From Azolla caroliniana (taxonomy: Eukaryota; Plantae; Polypodiophyta): a stretch of 64,000 nt of DNA. How positions within the stretch are numbered: position 1 is the stretch's first letter; every line of letters starts with the position of its first letter. Positions 10,185 to 20,997 of the stretch are shown piece by piece. Position numbers and translations under genes: made by a program. The notes beneath the pieces were generated by a model. That model was not told the origin of the DNA, did no database searches, and saw only the letters and a program-made list of their open reading frames with translations. The stretch lies in the NCBI GenBank assembly GCA_043228905.1, contig JBHGNT010000011.1, positions 2,542,001 through 2,606,000 on the forward strand, written 5' to 3'.

Positions 10185-13100
10185 TTAAAGACGACGAGTG
10201 GAACGAGTCGGCGCTAACTGCGGACCGGGTTTGTCCGGATACTTTCGGTGGAAATCAGCAAGAAGATCTTGTGCATTGGCAACATTCTCGACGGGTTCCC
10301 AAGTACGTTCGCTCGGACTATAACCGAGCCAATCGACCAAGTAATAAAGTTTGTTGCGAACAAGTTTGGAATCGAGGATGGCAGCAACTTTATACTCCGG
10401 GCCGGCGTCCAACTCCAGCGGGGGCGGCGGTGGTGTCACACGATCGGGAATGGTGTTTGCTTTATAAGGTTCAAGAAGAGAACAATGGAAAACCGGATGT
10501 ATCTGAAGCTGCGGAGGGAGATCCAGGCGGAAGGTGACATCATTAATCTTCCCCGTAATACGGAAAGGACCGAGTCGTCGATAATCCAACTTGTCGCACG
10601 GTCGAGTAGTCTTGATGTGACGACGTAAGAGCCATACTTGATCTCCGATGGCAAAATAGGAGGGAATCCGATGACGATCCGCATAAGTCTTCTGTGTGTG
10701 TTGAGCATGACGAAGGTGAGTAGAGAGATCCATCTGGATCTTGCGTAGCCTCTCCAAATGGTCTTCGGCACGAGGGTTGGTAGGTAGCTCCGGAGTGTCG
10801 ATCACCGACCAGCGAGGATGGAAACCGGTATAAGCGAGAAATGGGGAGACCCGAGTCGAGGAGTGAATAGCATTATTATACGCAAACTCCGCAAAGTGGA
10901 GAATCTCGGCCCAATCGTCTTGTTGATAACTCAGGAAACACCGGAGATATTGCTCCAACGTTTGGTTTGTTCGTTCCGCCTGTCCGTCAGTTTGAGGATG
11001 GTAGCCGGAGGAGAGGTTGCAGGAGACCTTGAGCATCCTGAAGAGATGCTGCCAAAATTTGGAGACAAATTGCGGGCCTCGGTCACTGATAATACTGTCT
11101 GGTAGGCCATGATGCCGAAATACCTCACGCATAACAAGAGCGGCGGTTTCCTCGCTAGTGATGGCTTTAGTACATGGCACAAAATGTGCCATCTTCGTAT
11201 ATCGATCGACGACGGTTAGGATAGCATCGAACCCCTTCGAGACCGGCAGATCTGTAATAAAATCAAGACAAATAGACTGCCATAGCTTACTTGGAATTGG
11301 TAAAGGTTCCAACAAGCCATATGGATGGTGTCGTGGCATCTTTGCTCGGCAGCAAGCATCACAGGTCCGAACGTAGTCGTCGACAAAACGGCGCATGTGG
11401 GGCCACCAAAAAGATCGCTGCACTAACTCCAACGTCTTGGTACTACCGAAATGTCCCGCCGTATGGGTGTCGTGACAATGTTGGACGATTTGAAGGCGAC
11501 AGGAGCAATCGGGGACATATACGCGCTTTTTAAAGAATAACAAACCATCATGATATTCGAATTGTCGGTAGTCAATACCTGGTTGTTGAGACTGAGAACA
11601 GGATGCCCGAGAAGTATCAATGTGCGCCAGGATGTCTTGAGCAAAACTATCCGTCTTCAAGGTTGCACGTATGTCATCGGTAATCCGTGAATCCATCGGG
11701 GTGTGAAAAATCCGCGTCGTGTGCAATCGTGTTGGTCCCAAGATTACTTGCTTTTGATTATCAAATGTTGCGTCACCAGGACGAGGTGCAAGATATGAAC
11801 GCCGTGATAGTGCATCTGCTTTTCCTTGCTGCTTCCCCGGTCGATATGTGATTTCGAAGTTGAAATGCGTGAGGAATTGCGCCCACCGAGCTTGCCGTCG
11901 ATTTAGTACGCGAGCGTTCTGAAAATAAGCAAGATTTTTATGATCGCTAAAGACAATGACCTGATGTGGAGAGCCCTCTAAGAAATGCCGCCAATGTACA
12001 AATGAATCCACGATGGCTAATAACTCCTTGTCATGTATTTCGTAGTTGATTTCTGCGACATTGAATTTGCGCGAATGGAAAGCCACCGGATGCAACTCTT
12101 CTTTATCGCCTTGTTGAGAAAGGATGCTACCGAGGGCGAAATCTGATGCGTCGGCCTCCATGATGAATGGTTTGCTTGTATCCACATGAGCTAGAATCGG
12201 TGCTGATGTAAAGGCTTTCTTAAGATGCCGAAAAGCCATATCTGCTTCGATGGACCAAAGAAATGCTTGGCCCTTCTTCGTAAGTTGTGTGAGAGGTAAA
12301 ATAATCTTCGAGTAATCCTGTATAAACTTACGGTAGAAGTTAGCAAAGCCTAGAAAACATTGTACATCTCGTACCGACCGTGGAATTTGCCACTCTAGTA
12401 CAATTTGGATTTTAGCTGGATCCATGGCGATGCCCTTTGAGGAGATGACGTAGCCTAGAAATTCCACTTGCTTGCAGTCAAAGCTACATTTCTCTAGCTT
12501 GGCATAAAGACCATTCTCGCGGAGTCGCTTTAGTACTAATAGTACATGAGAATCGTGCTCTTCCTGGGTCTTCGAATAAATCAACAGATCATCCAGATAA
12601 ATGATCAAACAGATATCCAAGAGGTCTCTGAATATATCATTTGCCATGTGTTGGAAGACTGCGGGTGCATTGGTTAGGCCAAACGGCATAACAGTATACT
12701 CGAAATGCCCATACCGCGTGCGAAAAGCGGTCTTCCACTCATCTCCCGGTCGGATCCGCACGAGATTATACGCTCCTCGTAGGTCGATTTTAGTAAAAAA
12801 CTTGGCACCATTAACTCGCTCTAAAAGACTTGATATAAGAGGAAGTGCATACCTATTCCGGATGGTGACTTTATTCAATCCGCGGTAATCAACGACAAGA
12901 CGAAGTGAGCCATCTTTTTTCTTGACAAAGAAGATGGGTGCACCAGCCGGAGATTTCAAATGACGGATGAACCCGCTTGCCAAGTTCTCCTCTATGTAGG
13001 CTCGAAGGACTTCTAACTCGGTGGGTGACAAGTTGTAAATTGGTCCCCATGGTGGCTCGGTTCCTGGTTGTAAATCGATGGGACAGTCATAGGGACGGTG

Positions 13101-13757
13101 ATGAGGAAGGGTACCGGCTTTTACCTTGTCAAATACATCGGCATAAGGATGATATTTTGCCGGAAGTTGTATTGAGGAGTCCTTCTTAATAGTGCTAGAA
13201 GGATGTACTGATATGGCAAATAGGAACATTGCCTCCTTGGGTCCTTCTTCGCGTAGTTGATGGAGTGAAATGGTCGAAACTCGGTGAGTTGATTCTTGGG
13301 GTGGTCGATATCGGACTTCTCTTGTTCTCCAATCTATGGCTGGATTATGTAATTCAAGCCAAGGTAATCCTAGGACAATGGGATGCTCTGGACTACTAAT
13401 TATATTAAATGATATTATACACACAAAACTACCTAGGACAACTTGAATGGGTTCTGATTCTTCTACAATATTCCCGGAAGCAATGGGACGACCATCAATG
13501 ACCACTACAGATGCGGGACAAGGAAGTTTTCTTAAGGATATCTGAGAAGCTTGGGCAAAATTTCGATCCATGAAACAGGAATTAGCTCCGGAATCTAAAA
13601 GTGCTAGGACGGGTACTGGGGGAGTACTTTTAGTACTAACAATGACTTGGGCTAGGAACACATTGCTAACTTGCTTGGAAGGAATGGAACCACTAATGGG
13701 CTGTACAGATCTAGGGCTGCTGTCCAACCAAATGGCTCCTATTTTGGCTGGACTCAA
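10185..13757 (-). CDS. Pol polyprotein: PR-RT-RNase H-integrase-chromodomain
   Basis: LLDSGA, YLDD, ADASDF..DHKNL..ADALSR, H-H-C-C, DRGPQF..QTDGQAER, chromodomain YLVDWLGYSPSERTWEP. Confidence 0.97.
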   Translation of the reverse strand: MSPAKIGAIWLDSSPRSVQPISGSIPSKQVSNVFLAQVIVSTKSTPPVPVLALLDSGANSCFMDRNFAQASQISLRKLPCPASVVVIDGRPIASGNIVEESEPIQVVLGSFVCIISFNIISSPEHPIVLGLPWLELHNPAIDWRTREVRYRPPQESTHRVSTISLHQLREEGPKEAMFLFAISVHPSSTIKKDSSIQLPAKYHPYADVFDKVKAGTLPHHRPYDCPIDLQPGTEPPWGPIYNLSPTELEVLRAYIEENLASGFIRHLKSPAGAPIFFVKKKDGSLRLVVDYRGLNKVTIRNRYALPLISSLLERVNGAKFFTKIDLRGAYNLVRIRPGDEWKTAFRTRYGHFEYTVMPFGLTNAPAVFQHMANDIFRDLLDICLIIYLDDLLIYSKTQEEHDSHVLLVLKRLRENGLYAKLEKCSFDCKQVEFLGYVISSKGIAMDPAKIQIVLEWQIPRSVRDVQCFLGFANFYRKFIQDYSKIILPLTQLTKKGQAFLWSIEADMAFRHLKKAFTSAPILAHVDTSKPFIMEADASDFALGSILSQQGDKEELHPVAFHSRKFNVAEINYEIHDKELLAIVDSFVHWRHFLEGSPHQVIVFSDHKNLAYFQNARVLNRRQARWAQFLTHFNFEITYRPGKQQGKADALSRRSYLAPRPGDATFDNQKQVILGPTRLHTTRIFHTPMDSRITDDIRATLKTDSFAQDILAHIDTSRASCSQSQQPGIDYRQFEYHDGLLFFKKRVYVPDCSCRLQIVQHCHDTHTAGHFGSTKTLELVQRSFWWPHMRRFVDDYVRTCDACCRAKMPRHHPYGLLEPLPIPSKLWQSICLDFITDLPVSKGFDAILTVVDRYTKMAHFVPCTKAITSEETAALVMREVFRHHGLPDSIISDRGPQFVSKFWQHLFRMLKVSCNLSSGYHPQTDGQAERTNQTLEQYLRCFLSYQQDDWAEILHFAEFAYNNAIHSSTRVSPFLAYTGFHPRWSVIDTPELPTNPRAEDHLERLRKIQMDLSTHLRHAQHTQKTYADRHRIPSYFAIGDQVWLLRRHIKTTRPCDKLDYRRLGPFRITGKINDVTFRLDLPPQLQIHPVFHCSLLEPYKANTIPDRVTPPPPPLELDAGPEYKVAAILDSKLVRNKLYYLVDWLGYSPSERTWEPVENVANAQDLLADFHRKYPDKPGPQLAPTRSTRRL

Positions 13758-14905
13758 TCGTTTAACTCTTCATCTAATTGACTAAGGATTTCGAATTTAT
13801 TTGATATACTTGGGCTATTAGTACTATGAATACTATCTGACACTCTATTAGTACTATTAATACTATCAGACACTCCAAAGGGAAGAATTGACTCGGGTTT
13901 AGTACAGGCGACGATTTGATTTACCTGTCTTCTTGGCCTATGGGGACAATTGATGGCGATATGTCCTGGTCCACCGCAATAAAGACATAATCGATTGGCA
14001 CGTCGTCGTTGCTTTTCTTCTTCCGATAACGGGCCGCGTCGACGCATGGTATCGATCTCCATCGGTGTCGAAGTATTTGCTTGAGGTGTGTCTCGTGCAA
14101 ACGGTTTAGCCGCGACTGCGGCGTAAGTGGGCTCTGGCCTAGAGCGTGGTATCTGTAATTGACGTTCTGAACGCCGTTCAAAAAGGCGGTTGTCACATCG
14201 AACTGCTCGACTGATTGCCTCCGTAAGAGACTTTGGTTCTTCGGGGAAAGTTAGAAGTAGATCTTTGACATCGTTTCGCAAGCCATAGCGAAACTGCTCC
14301 ATTAGTGCTTGATCATCCCAGGGTATATCTGAAGCAAGTAGGCGGAAATCCGCCGCGTAGGCAGAGGCTGGACGATCGCCTTGACGCAATCGCCGGATCT
14401 TGTTGATCGCCGTCCTGATGCTCTCGGTGTCTCCAAAGCAGGCTTTAAACTCACCAATAAAATCTTCAAAGTTATTAAGTAAGGGTGATTGTTTTTCTAG
14501 TAGCGGAGCAAACCATGCCAAGGCTGAGCCGCTAAGTAGCGTGCCTATTAGGCCGACTCGAGATGCATCAATGGGATATCGGGAAGGATGCATCACTAAG
14601 CGTACCTGATTAAGGAATCCCCGGAATTGCGAACGCGTTCCATCAAATTTCACAGGAAGTCCAATCTTGGGCTCTTTATGAAATCCTTGGGGACTGGATC
14701 CTTGTTGTTGCAACGCTGCTTCGAGTTGTTGTACCCGTAACGCTAACTCCCCATGTTGTTGTTGCGTTTGTTGTTTTTCTAGAGCGATTTGTTGCAGATC
14801 CCCTATCAGCCGTTGGTTTTCTTGTTCCAGGGCAACAAACTTTTCTTTTAGGCACTGTAGCTCGGAGAAAACGGAGTGGTATTCTTGGGCGCTAACAGTA
14901 GCCAT
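13754..14905 (-). CDS. Gag (PEG10/sushi-like) with CCHC knuckle
   Basis: PVKFDGTRSQFRGFL, LRQG..AYAADFR, CLYCGGPGHIAINC. Confidence 0.95.
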   Translation of the reverse strand: MATVSAQEYHSVFSELQCLKEKFVALEQENQRLIGDLQQIALEKQQTQQQHGELALRVQQLEAALQQQGSSPQGFHKEPKIGLPVKFDGTRSQFRGFLNQVRLVMHPSRYPIDASRVGLIGTLLSGSALAWFAPLLEKQSPLLNNFEDFIGEFKACFGDTESIRTAINKIRRLRQGDRPASAYAADFRLLASDIPWDDQALMEQFRYGLRNDVKDLLLTFPEEPKSLTEAISRAVRCDNRLFERRSERQLQIPRSRPEPTYAAVAAKPFARDTPQANTSTPMEIDTMRRRGPLSEEEKQRRRANRLCLYCGGPGHIAINCPHRPRRQVNQIVACTKPESILPFGVSDSINSTNRVSDSIHSTNSPSISNKFEILSQLDEELND

Positions 14906-16442
14906 AGTATAGGGAAAAGGGTAGGAGGATGAGGGAGAGTGACAAGTAGGCTAGAGGATAAATTGGTTCAAACTGTCAGGAATAGTACTAAAACAGAGAT
15001 GGAATTAGTACTAAGAACAGCAGTACTATTAGTACTAAGAGGACGGGACTGCGTAAGATTCTCGAGAGAGGAAGTGAGAAGAGGAGAGAGAGAGAGATAG
15101 CGAGAATGAGAGAGATGATGACAGCAGCTATATATTATGTGAAAAGATAAGTACAAGCGGCTAAGAGACTTAAGACTGGCGTTGAACCAATTTGGTTCAA
15201 AACAATGCCTTGTGCCTCCTTTTATAGTGTTTTTAGGAATAATCTTGAAGCTTCTAGAATGTTCCAGAGAGATCTGGAATATACATCAATTTTCTATGAT
15301 AAAGTATAAATGAAAATAATATCCTACAAAATACAATTCCTAATCTAATGGTAAGAGCTCGGCCCATGTAGCATAAAGTCATGGGTTCGAGTCTTGCCAT
15401 GACAGGAGGAGTTAGCGGCAAGAAGCAACTATGCGACAACCGCGGGAATATGTGTCGGGGAGTCAACGGGAGCGAAGGCGTCTTTCTGGCCGGAGGTGCT
15501 AGGAAACACTGAGAAAACCAACTCCAACGATATCCGAAACACCGCGGAAGGCGTCCGGGAAGCTACGGGATGGGAGTGCCCTGTCGACAAGAATAGCATA
15601 TACGCCCTGTGTCAATTACATGAGGTGTATGTGGACGAGAAACGACGGCGCACGGAGGATGAGGCCGGACCATCGAAGATACCGGAAAGCTGGAACTCCG
15701 GAGGTAAGGGAAAAGAAAAGGCGACTCCGGCATTCAAGCTCGCCTCGGACATAGAACAACAAACCGACTTGAAAAGAGTGTTCGAGGAAAGAATCTTGGA
15801 TAGCCGGGTAGATTTTTCGCTGCGGGAACTACTCGGAATAGCGAAGAAGGAGTTTCACGATCTTCTCGTGGATCTCGTGAAAAGGAAGAGACAAAGTACG
15901 GAGGAAAATGCTCCAAGGGTGAATGCAAATACCGTTTCAATGAACGACACCGAAGTGGAAGGCGAAATTCCGAACTCCCACTATACAAGGCCACACTGGG
16001 CACGTGCGACTACGGAGACTCCGGTCCGAATCGGCAACATCAAAGAACCCGTGCTAGCATTGATTGATCACGGATCGGAGATCAACTTGATGTCCAAGGA
16101 GTTCTACCGAAAGGGGAAGTGGCCTATAAACACCAACCATGGATGGAAGATTCGGGCAGCCACGAAAACGACAGAAGACCTATTTGCGGCTTGTCCGGAT
16201 GTGACGGTAAAGATCGGGGATGTCGAAATTGACCAAAATTTCTTTGTGCAGGATGAGGTTTCACATTCTGTCATCCTCGGCCAACCCTTTATCACGGCTT
16301 CACGGATGGAGACGAAGGTGCTCGATAGTGGTGCGGCTTTTGCGCGAATTCGGAGCCAAAACGGAGGGAAATCCGTCCAATTCCTAACGGTGCCGGCAAA
16401 TCACGAAAGGAACAAGAGGGAACTCTTGTCCCAAGTGAGAAT

Positions 16443-19400
16443 GGATTTTTAAAGCGGACTGTTGCGGAGTGGGGAAGTGATAGTCCGAGAAGCCCTGATA
16501 CCCCACACAGGAAGAAAACTCTCGGAGCAAAACAAGTACGAATCGGCCCGGATGGGGCATCTACGTACACGGCCGTAACCGGAGGAATGAAGAAACAATA
16601 CCGACAAGTGGAGGATAAGTTACGGTCGGCATCAATAATAAAAGAAGACGAAGACATCGTGGGAGTGATCGAGGAAGTGTTCTATGGGAATACACTACAA
16701 CGGCTTGAAGAGCTTGCGGAAGATAAAAGCCAAGGGAACCGGGTAGTCCCGGTGGAATCGGTCGAGATGTACGAGATCGTTGCGAAAATGGGGCCGGATG
16801 CGCTCCGCAAAGAAGAAGCAATGGTAAGTACGAAATACAAGACCGTGGAGAAGAAGGTGAAACCGGCCGCGGGACCACTACCCGCCGATAGCGAACAAAA
16901 GAAGAAAGAAGTCTCGGGAGATCCGACACTTCGGAAGTCCGTGGATATCGGACATGCCTTCACAGATGAGACCCGGAAGAAACTTCGGACCGGTGGAGGT
17001 GGGTTCCTCTTACAAGAAGAAGAAAAACGGTTTCGAGAGATGTTGGAGCAACATGGCAAAGCATTCGCGTTCACATCGAGGGAGATCGGATGCATTGATC
17101 CAAAGATAGTGGAACCTGAAGCCGATTCCGGTGCCACGGGCGCATATTCCGAAAGTCATCGACTTGCTCAAGGAGAAGGTGGCGATGGGGATTCTAGAGC
17201 CATCAAGTGCTCCGTACTCAAATCGATGGTTTACGGTTCCGAAGAAGAATGGGTCACTCCGATTCATCCAAGACTTGCAACCGGTGAACAAGGTCACGAT
17301 CCGGAACTCGGGAGTCGGTCCGATAGTGCGGAAGCTTTTGCCGGACGTGCGATATACTCCATCGGGGACCTATACTCGGGGTATGACCAATTCCAACTAG
17401 CCGTGGAGAGCCGAGACATCACTACCATGCGGACACCGATAGGACTAGTTCGAATGTGCACACTACCACAAGGAGCGACAAACTCGGTTGCACATATGAT
17501 GAACGCGATGAACAAGGTGCTTCGAGATTGCATCCCGGAGATAACGATGCCGTTTCTAGATGACATTCCGATGAAAGGATGCGCGGTGGAAGAAAAAGAT
17601 GAGACTATGGAAGATCGGGGATGCCGAAAGTTCGTGGTCGACCATATTCATGATTGCGAGAAAGTGTTGCGAAAGCTAGAAGATGTGCACCTAACACTTT
17701 CCGGGGAGAAATCGGCATTCGGGCAAGAAGAAATATTGGTGGTCGGACATCTATGTGGACCCTACGGCCGAAGACCGTCACCAACAAAGATCGATGCGAT
17801 TCAAGCTATGAAGGAAGTATGTGAGTCAACATCGGAAGTCCGAAGGTTTCTGGGTGCGTGTGCATTCTATCACATATGGATTCCGCACTATGCACATATA
17901 GCGGACCCGCTCTATCACTTGTTGCAGAAAGGTAAGAAATTCGAGTGGAAACCGGAACACACTAAAGCCATGAGGAAGCTCAAGAAGACACTATGGAGGG
18001 CGGAATCACTTAAGAAACCAAGCTACGAGCGGCCAATCATAGTAACGGTTGATACAAGTCCAACCGGTATCGGGTGGGTCATCAATCAAGCCGACTCGGA
18101 TGGTTCGCGGTATCCGATCCGATTTGGAGCAAAGGTCCTCAACGAAAGGCAACGCGGATATGCACAAGTCAAAAGAGAATTGTGGGGAGTCGTGTCGGCG
18201 ATAAAATCGGATCGGGATTATTTGATCGGAGCTGAAGTGGTGATCGAGACGGATTGTCTTCCGATACTCGGGATGATGCGGTGTTGTACGATACCGGATG
18301 TGGCTATGCTAAGGTGGATTGCATATGTCAAGTCACTTAATCCGGAGGTTCGACACATCTCGGGGAAGGACAACGCGGTAGCGGACATGTTATCGAGGGC
18401 GCGGTTTGAAGACGACATAACCGAATCAGATAATGAAGAAGTTTCCGAAGACTACTTCACGTCAGAACACATATGCCGAGTGAACGTGATCCGAGAATTC
18501 CGGGAAGAAGAATACGAGGGGGAAACCTTGATGATCGGGAAGATGCTACAAGAGGTCGAGGATTCAACCAATGATAAAGAAAGGAGAGCCGAGATCCGAA
18601 GGAAGAAGAGGCAATTCCAAAAGTTCTTCTTGGAAAACGGTTTAATATGGAGGACGCCGAAAAGACCGGATGGGATACCACTTCGAGTAGTCGGGACGAA
18701 AGAGCAACGAAACCGGATAATGTCCGAGTTCCACGAATCCGATTGGGCTGGACATCGAGGAACATGGGCAACTTTTGTGAAAATCAAGCAAAGATATTGG
18801 TGGAAGAACATGTATAAAGATGTCGCGGAGTTCACAGAAAGCTGCGAGAAATGTCAAGTCTACTCCGGGGTCCGACACCGAGATGAGCTGCATCCGACAT
18901 TCTCACCGACAATCAACTTCAAGTGGATGGTCGACATTGTAGCTATGCCGACCGGGATTGGACAAAAGAAATACTTGGTGTTAGCTCGAGAAGATCTCAC
19001 AAACCAAGTTGAAGGTCGAGCGCTTCGGAGGAAAACGTGTGCCGCGGTGTGCCAATTTCTTTTGGAAGAAGTGTTTTGTAGGTACGGCTGCGTAGGACAA
19101 GTGATTGCGGACCGGGGAGAACTCGACTCAGACAAAGCTAGGGGATTCTTCGCCAAACATGGAGTTCGGTTAAAGTTGACAACGGCCTACAATCCGGAGG
19201 CCAACGGGAAGATCGAACGAGGACATAGTCCGATCGTGAAAGCACTTGCGAAGGCATGCGACGGAAGGGTGAAGGATTGGCCACAAATGCTTCCGTATGC
19301 ACTATGGGCGGATCGGACGACGCATAGCTCCGTGACCGGTTACATGCCGGCAGAACTCATGACCGGACAAGCACCGGTAATGCCAACGGAAACCGCAATC

Positions 19401-20006
19401 GCGACATGGACAATACTACCGTGGAAGGAAGAGATGAGCCGGGAAGAACTACTAGCGGTCCGGATACGACAACTTGAGGGAAGACCGAAAGATGTAGCGG
19501 AAGCGTCACGCCGACAACAAGAAGCACGGTTCCGGAACAAAAGCCGGTTCGACACAAAGCACCGACTACGACCGAGGAGGATTGAAGAAGGAGATTGGGT
19601 GATCGTCTATGATAGTAGCTTGGACCATCAACATACAACGATGCGGAAATTCGCGAAAAGGTGGTTCGGGCCGTACGAGGTTCGGAAGGTCTTCGACAAC
19701 GGGACGTACCGACTGTCCGAGTTGGATGGAACAATACTACGAGTACCTATAGCCGGGAAGCGGGTAAAGATTTTCAAGAAGCGGACCGACGACAAACCTT
19801 ATGTGATCCAAGTCGAGGCCGACAACGAGGAGCAATCGGACGAAGACCACAATGATGCGGGAAGCGAAGAAAGTGGATTACAACTCATAGTCGACATAAG
19901 GGGAGAATCGGGGGAAGCTTCGGATGAAGACGGATACGAAGAATCAAGAACTTCGGCACATACCGGAGGATGTGCGGGTTTGGAGGGGGCGAGTGTCGTA
20001 GTGTAG
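16443..20006 (+). pseudogene. Element C RT-RNase H-integrase ORF (-1 frame relative to gag-PR), with two compensating deletions near 17118 and 17328
   Basis: LPQGATNS, PFLDD, TVDTS..ETDC..VADMLSR, H-H-C-C, IADRG..NGKIER; the real RT segment 17131-17328 lies in another frame. Confidence 0.9.
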
Positions 20007-20997
20007 GTTGCACACTATGTGGAAATTATATTTTTGTCCCTCCGGATAGAGAATGGAGTGCTCGGTGAGAACCAGAAGAAAACGGCATACCGGCAAGGAG
20101 GAAAACGGCATACCGGCAAGGAGGAAAAACGGCATACCGGCAAGGAGGAAAACGGCATACCGGCAAGGAGGAAAACGGCATACCGGCAAGGAAGAAAACG
20201 GCATACCGGCAAGGAAGAGACGGATAAAGAGACGTAAATGTAAAAAAAAAAAAAAACACGAGACACTAAAAATAACTCATGCACATCTAGCGTGCATGAG
20301 CCCTATACTTAGGAAATAAAAAAGCATCACATGCACATTTAGTGGACATGAACACTTTTTGTAAAAAAAAAAAAAAGCATGAAGCCATGCTTAGCTCTTC
20401 CTTCCTTATATAAGGAGGAGAGAAATATATAAAGGGTTGTTGATTATTTGGATTAAGTATTAATCAATACAAAAATTATTCGTGGGATTCACGATTTATA
20501 CATCTACTTCTTTCTTAACACCCTAAGTACCAATTAATATAGTATACTCGTGTGATTCACGAGTTTCTTATCTTTCTCTTTGCTATTTGCTCATAATTAA
20601 TCTCTATCTCACGAACTTCTTTCTCCTAGTCCAAGACCTCTGTGGTTCCCACCCGACTCACGCAACGATCCGGAGCCGAAAGGCACGACAACATTAAGGG
20701 GGAGAGAGAGAGAGAGATAGATAGAGAGAAATGATTCATTCCTTCATTCATTCCCCATAAGGGGTTAAACAGTACAAGAGGGGGTAGATACAAAGGGGTG
20801 TAAGCCCCCTAGAGCATTCATACTGGACAATCACTCACACCTCCTCGTGTCCATCCACATGCACACACGTGTGCATGTGTTCACATACGTATCGACTCAC
20901 AACTACATTTATACCCCCTACACATACACAACATCATGATAACATTCGACCCTCGCTCATCACACTTGACTCTCCGCACATCGCGTACGGGGTAACA

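Larger units (their letters stand above)
9743..15404 (-). mobile_element. Chromovirus (Tcn1/Tf1-sushi-like) element E, full length; LTRs 9743-10173 and 14974-15404
   Basis: 431-bp LTRs with about 4 mismatches, TSD GGAGG, PPT AAGGGGGAGATAG, open gag and pol. Confidence 0.97.
4960..16452 (+). pseudogene. Element C gag-protease ORF split by D and E (4960-5457, 9244-9742, 15410-16452)
   Basis: FNGKDVSRYL gag start, CIWCDSAEH..DC knuckle, protease LIDHGSEIN. Confidence 0.85.
4202..20690 (+). mobile_element. Ty3/gypsy element C (non-chromovirus, Phygy/Selgy-like), LTRs 4202-4921 and 19994-20690
   Basis: Near-identical LTRs TGTCGTAG...GCACGACA, PBS at 4926, PPT GGAGGGGGCGAG before 19994, gag-PR-RT-RH-INT order, TSD ACGT/ACAT. 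Confidence 0.95.
1780..20997 (-). mobile_element. Non-autonomous LTR element B: LTRs <1780-2219 and 4000-4201 + 20691-20997; about 1.8 kb non-coding interior
   Basis: Direct repeats ending CGTACGGGGTAACA at 2219 and 20997; left LTR interrupted by A, right LTR by C. Strand inferred from TATTTAA followed by a CT-rich tract on the minus strand. Confidence 0.8.

Noticed and set aside
9743-15404. Nested E LTRs more diverged than those of host C
   Set aside because: 4 versus 2 substitutions is within sampling noise
16587-20006. Intact 1139-aa pol
   Set aside because: Frame is open only because two deletions compensate; the conserved RT segment 17131-17328 is in another frame
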